Assembly (NCBI GenBank): GCA_026415435.1
Contig: JAOAHC010000040.1
Coordinates: 137,456 to 201,455, forward strand
DNA: 64,000 nucleotides
DNA from: Clostridia bacterium
Lineage (GTDB): Bacteria > Bacillota > Clostridia > TANB77 > CAG-465
Reading direction: 5' to 3'
The notes under the pieces were generated by a model. It was not told where the DNA came from, did no database searches, and saw only the letters and a program-made list of their open reading frames with translations. Position numbers and translations under genes: made by a program. Positions 61,066 through 64,000 of the stretch are shown here, one piece after another. Every line of letters starts with the position of its first letter. The stretch's first letter is position 1.

Positions 61066-63480
61066 CTAATATATATCTACATCATCCGGATCCTCTACTA
61101 TAGGAGGTTGTTCCGGTTCTGTATGAACTGTACATTTGTCAGTTGGAACCATGTATTGCCAATCTCTTGGCTTAGTGCTCGGTACATAATCTCTAGTTAT
61201 AAATGATTTTTGAACCTTAGGACAAAACTCATTTGCAAGTAGACCAGTTATAGAACAAACATCCACTAATTTATGTATATTACATGTAGCTGTAGGTACT
61301 GTTCCCGAAGCAAATATGTCAGTTATAGTAGTATCTCCTCTTGGATCTGCCTTACATGCATCTGTTGCAACTAAACCAGACACTTTACAAACAGAAGCCG
61401 TAACTATACCACTAGGTTTGTCAAATTGTTTAACTTCTTGCCCTTTACTAAGCTCATTCATTACTGTATTAAATAGTACAACTGAAGTATATGGATAAGT
61501 AGATTTTATACCTGTTCTATATCCTATTGCTTTCTTTCCTTTTTTACCACCAACTTCATCATATCCATTCCAGCAAGCTATTGTATAATATGGACTAAAT
61601 CCTATAAACCATTGATCATAATCACTATTTGTATTACCCGTTTTACCAGCAATTGGCATTTTACCTACTTTAACATACCCATTTGCTGTTCCACCTGCTT
61701 TTACTACTCCTTGCAACATATCATTAAGTAAATATGCTGTTGTTTCTTTCATAACAGATTTTGCTTCTGAATTTTTAACTATAACTTCTTTATTATCTTT
61801 ATCTAATATTTTAGTATAGAATCTAGGCTTTAAGTATACTCCACCATTTGCAATAGTTGCATAAGCATTTGCCATTTGTAAAACTGTAGAACCTGTATCA
61901 GATCCGCCTATTGCAAGTGAAGCTAGATTTTTATCATTTTCATTTAAATTTGTAAGTCCCATGTTTCTTGCAAAATTATATGCATAATCTATACCCACTT
62001 TTTGTGTAGTTCTTATAGCTGGTAGATTCATAGATTTAGCAAGCGCTTCTCTTGTAGTAACATACCCATTATAGTAACCGTAATAGTTAACAGGTGTCCA
62101 GTTTCCTACAGTTATTGGAGAATCATCTATTCCCATTGCAGGATATGATATACCAAGTTCAAATGCAGGTCCATAAGCACCTATTGCTTTCATTGTAGAA
62201 CCCGGTTGTCTAGGAAGTTGAGTTGCCCTATTTAAAACTCTATTACCTGTTTTTTTATTTGCACCACCTGTAATTCCTAAAACATTACCAGAGTGTTGAT
62301 CCATTACAACCATAGCAGATTGCATGAAATCACCTTGTTTATCTGTATAGAATAACTTTTCACTATTATATGCATCATCAACTATTTTTTGAACTTTTGC
62401 ATCTTGTGTAGTATATATCTTATATCCTTGTGTATATAGCATGTTTAATGCCATACCACGAGAAACATTTTTTTGTTCTTGTAAATCACTTACAACTTGT
62501 TCTATTACTTCATCAACAAAATATGAATGTATATTAGCAGTTTGAACGTCATCTGCTTCTTTTTTAAACTCTATCTTGTAGTTTATAGCTTCATCATACT
62601 GTTCTTTAGTTATTTTTCCAAGTTCTAGCATTTTATTTAAAACTACTTTTTGTCTGTTAATTAAAGTTTCTTTTGCTTTATCACTTTTATATGGATTATA
62701 GTCTTCTGGTGACTGTATTATAGCTGCTAGAACAGCAGCTTCTGCAATATTTACATCTTTTAATGATTTCGAAAAATAGTTTCTTGAAGCAACTTCAAAT
62801 CCATAAGAACCGTCACCCATGTATATTGTATTTACATATGCAGCAAATATTTGCTCTTTATTAAGCTTATTTTCTAATGAATAAGCTCTATACCATTCTC
62901 TTACTTTTCTTACCCATGAAGTCTCTTTATCTTTTTTTATATTTTTTACTAATTGTTGTGTTAATGTACTTCCACCAAAATCAGATTTACCAAAATGTAT
63001 TACATAGTTAAACACAGCTCCTGCTGTTCTTTTTACATCAACTCCATGATGAGAAAAGAATCTTTCATCCTCAATAGATGTAACAGCATCAACTATGATT
63101 TTTGGTACATCTTTATACTCTAAAATAACTCTGTTTTCTTCATCATACAAAGCTGCTATTTCTTGATTATCTTTATCGTATATGAATGTTGTACGTTTTA
63201 AACCTTGTATTTCTTCTAAATTAAGACTTTCTGTATCATCTATAATTCCAGTAACTACACCTAAAACTACACCTGTCCCTATTATAACCATAGCAATAGC
63301 AATAAATAGACATATTTTAAATATCTTCCATTTTAACTTTTTATTTTTCTTCTTCTTAGGAGATTTCTCATTATCTATACTAGTAGCACTAGCCTTGTCC
63401 ATCTTTTTAAGTTTCTTAAACTTAAAAAGTTGTCTCTTTTCATTTTTACTACCATCTTTACCCTTATTATTAAACCACAT
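61066..63480 (-). CDS. Class A penicillin-binding protein (PBP1A family)
   Basis: EDERFFSHHG, GGSTLTQQ, RKVRE; transpeptidase motifs STMK, SMN, KTG. Likely ATG at 63480. Confidence 0.95.
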   Translation of the reverse strand: MWFNNKGKDGSKNEKRQLFKFKKLKKMDKASATSIDNEKSPKKKKNKKLKWKIFKICLFIAIAMVIIGTGVVLGVVTGIIDDTESLNLEEIQGLKRTTFIYDKDNQEIAALYDEENRVILEYKDVPKIIVDAVTSIEDERFFSHHGVDVKRTAGAVFNYVIHFGKSDFGGSTLTQQLVKNIKKDKETSWVRKVREWYRAYSLENKLNKEQIFAAYVNTIYMGDGSYGFEVASRNYFSKSLKDVNIAEAAVLAAIIQSPEDYNPYKSDKAKETLINRQKVVLNKMLELGKITKEQYDEAINYKIEFKKEADDVQTANIHSYFVDEVIEQVVSDLQEQKNVSRGMALNMLYTQGYKIYTTQDAKVQKIVDDAYNSEKLFYTDKQGDFMQSAMVVMDQHSGNVLGITGGANKKTGNRVLNRATQLPRQPGSTMKAIGAYGPAFELGISYPAMGIDDSPITVGNWTPVNYYGYYNGYVTTREALAKSMNLPAIRTTQKVGIDYAYNFARNMGLTNLNENDKNLASLAIGGSDTGSTVLQMANAYATIANGGVYLKPRFYTKILDKDNKEVIVKNSEAKSVMKETTAYLLNDMLQGVVKAGGTANGYVKVGKMPIAGKTGNTNSDYDQWFIGFSPYYTIACWNGYDEVGGKKGKKAIGYRTGIKSTYPYTSVVLFNTVMNELSKGQEVKQFDKPSGIVTASVCKVSGLVATDACKADPRGDTTITDIFASGTVPTATCNIHKLVDVCSITGLLANEFCPKVQKSFITRDYVPSTKPRDWQYMVPTDKCTVHTEPEQPPIVEDPDDVDIY

Positions 63481-63498
63481 ATATTTACACCCCAATTT

Positions 63499-63876
63499 TT
63501 AATCTTCCCAATCGTTAAACAAACTATCAATATCCATTCTTAGACTAAAGTTTACTTTCAAAGCTGATTTTACTTTATCCATTGTTTCTTTATCAATTCT
63601 ACCTATTTTACTTTGCAGTCTACTCTTATCTAATGTTCTTATTTGTTCTGCAAGTATAACAGAATCTTTTGGAAGCCCATAAAGATTACCAGCTATTGGA
63701 ATATGAGTAGGAAGTTTCGTTTTTTGTCTAGAAGTTATAGCAAGAGCTATTATAGTAGGGCTATACTTATTTCCAATATCATTTTGAACTATAAGTACAG
63801 GCCTAATACCATCTTGTTCACTTCCAACAACTGGACTTAAATCCGCATAGAATATATCACCACATTTAATATCCAT
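63499..63876 (-). CDS. mazF: MazF/NdoA endoribonuclease toxin
   Basis: GDIFYADLSPVVGSEQ.G.RPVL..QND.GN..SPT...AITS, LPTH, EQIRTLDK.RL. Confidence 0.93.
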   Translation of the reverse strand: MDIKCGDIFYADLSPVVGSEQDGIRPVLIVQNDIGNKYSPTIIALAITSRQKTKLPTHIPIAGNLYGLPKDSVILAEQIRTLDKSRLQSKIGRIDKETMDKVKSALKVNFSLRMDIDSLFNDWED

Positions 63877-63906
63877 TAAAACACCTCTTATTATATAATA
63901 TTTTTA

Positions 63907-63999
63907 TTAAAAAGAAAATACCTTTTCATCAAATTTAGGATTTATATTAAAACTTTTATATGTCACTGCCATCCATATTTTTGATTTATCAGAATATAT
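63907..63999 (-). CDS. 3' end of a gene entering from the right edge; LolA-fold/GerS-like C-terminus
   Basis: Hand translation ...IYSDKSKIWMAVTYKSFNINPKFDEKVFSF-stop. Confidence 0.55.
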   Translation of the reverse strand: MYSDKSKIWMAVTYKSFNINPKFDEKVFSF

Positions 64000-64000
64000 G

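Noticed and set aside
1..64000. CRISPR array, prophage, IS element or defence island
   Set aside because: No regularly spaced repeats and no integrase, transposase, phage or cas genes were recognised.

Overview
A very AT-rich chromosomal window from a spore-forming Clostridia-type bacterium, with most genes on the minus strand. It is largely housekeeping: pgeF, addA, tsaE-tsaB-rimI, a LonC-like protease, mnmA, a gerA-family operon, a DEAD-box helicase, exoA-ogt-dedA, dapL-alr-trmL, tRNA-Met, lysS-greA, cdaA, glyQS, pnp, uppP, a class A PBP and mazF. Two redox operons are present: rubredoxin-flavodiiron protein-two MacB-like ABC transporters, and ArsR-thioredoxin-CoA-disulfide reductase/rhodanese. 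No prophage, IS, CRISPR array or reverse transcriptase was seen. Main leads: (1) three paralogous proteins with type IV prepilin-like N-termini lacking Glu+5, two carrying a DGR-target-like C-type-lectin (FGE-like) domain and one being a 1560-aa mosaic; (2) an otherwise intact P-loop/Asp23 gene with one extra base forming an in-frame CGG just before a Walker A glycine (candidate +1 recoding or error); (3) a mazF with no adjacent antitoxin, an acidic tail, and a position directly upstream of the PBP gene; (4) a receiver domain fused to a His-less pseudokinase; (5) leader RNA structures at dapL, pnp and the DEAD-box helicase; (6) small genes missed by the ORF track. All family calls come from recognising motifs by eye; no searches were run.
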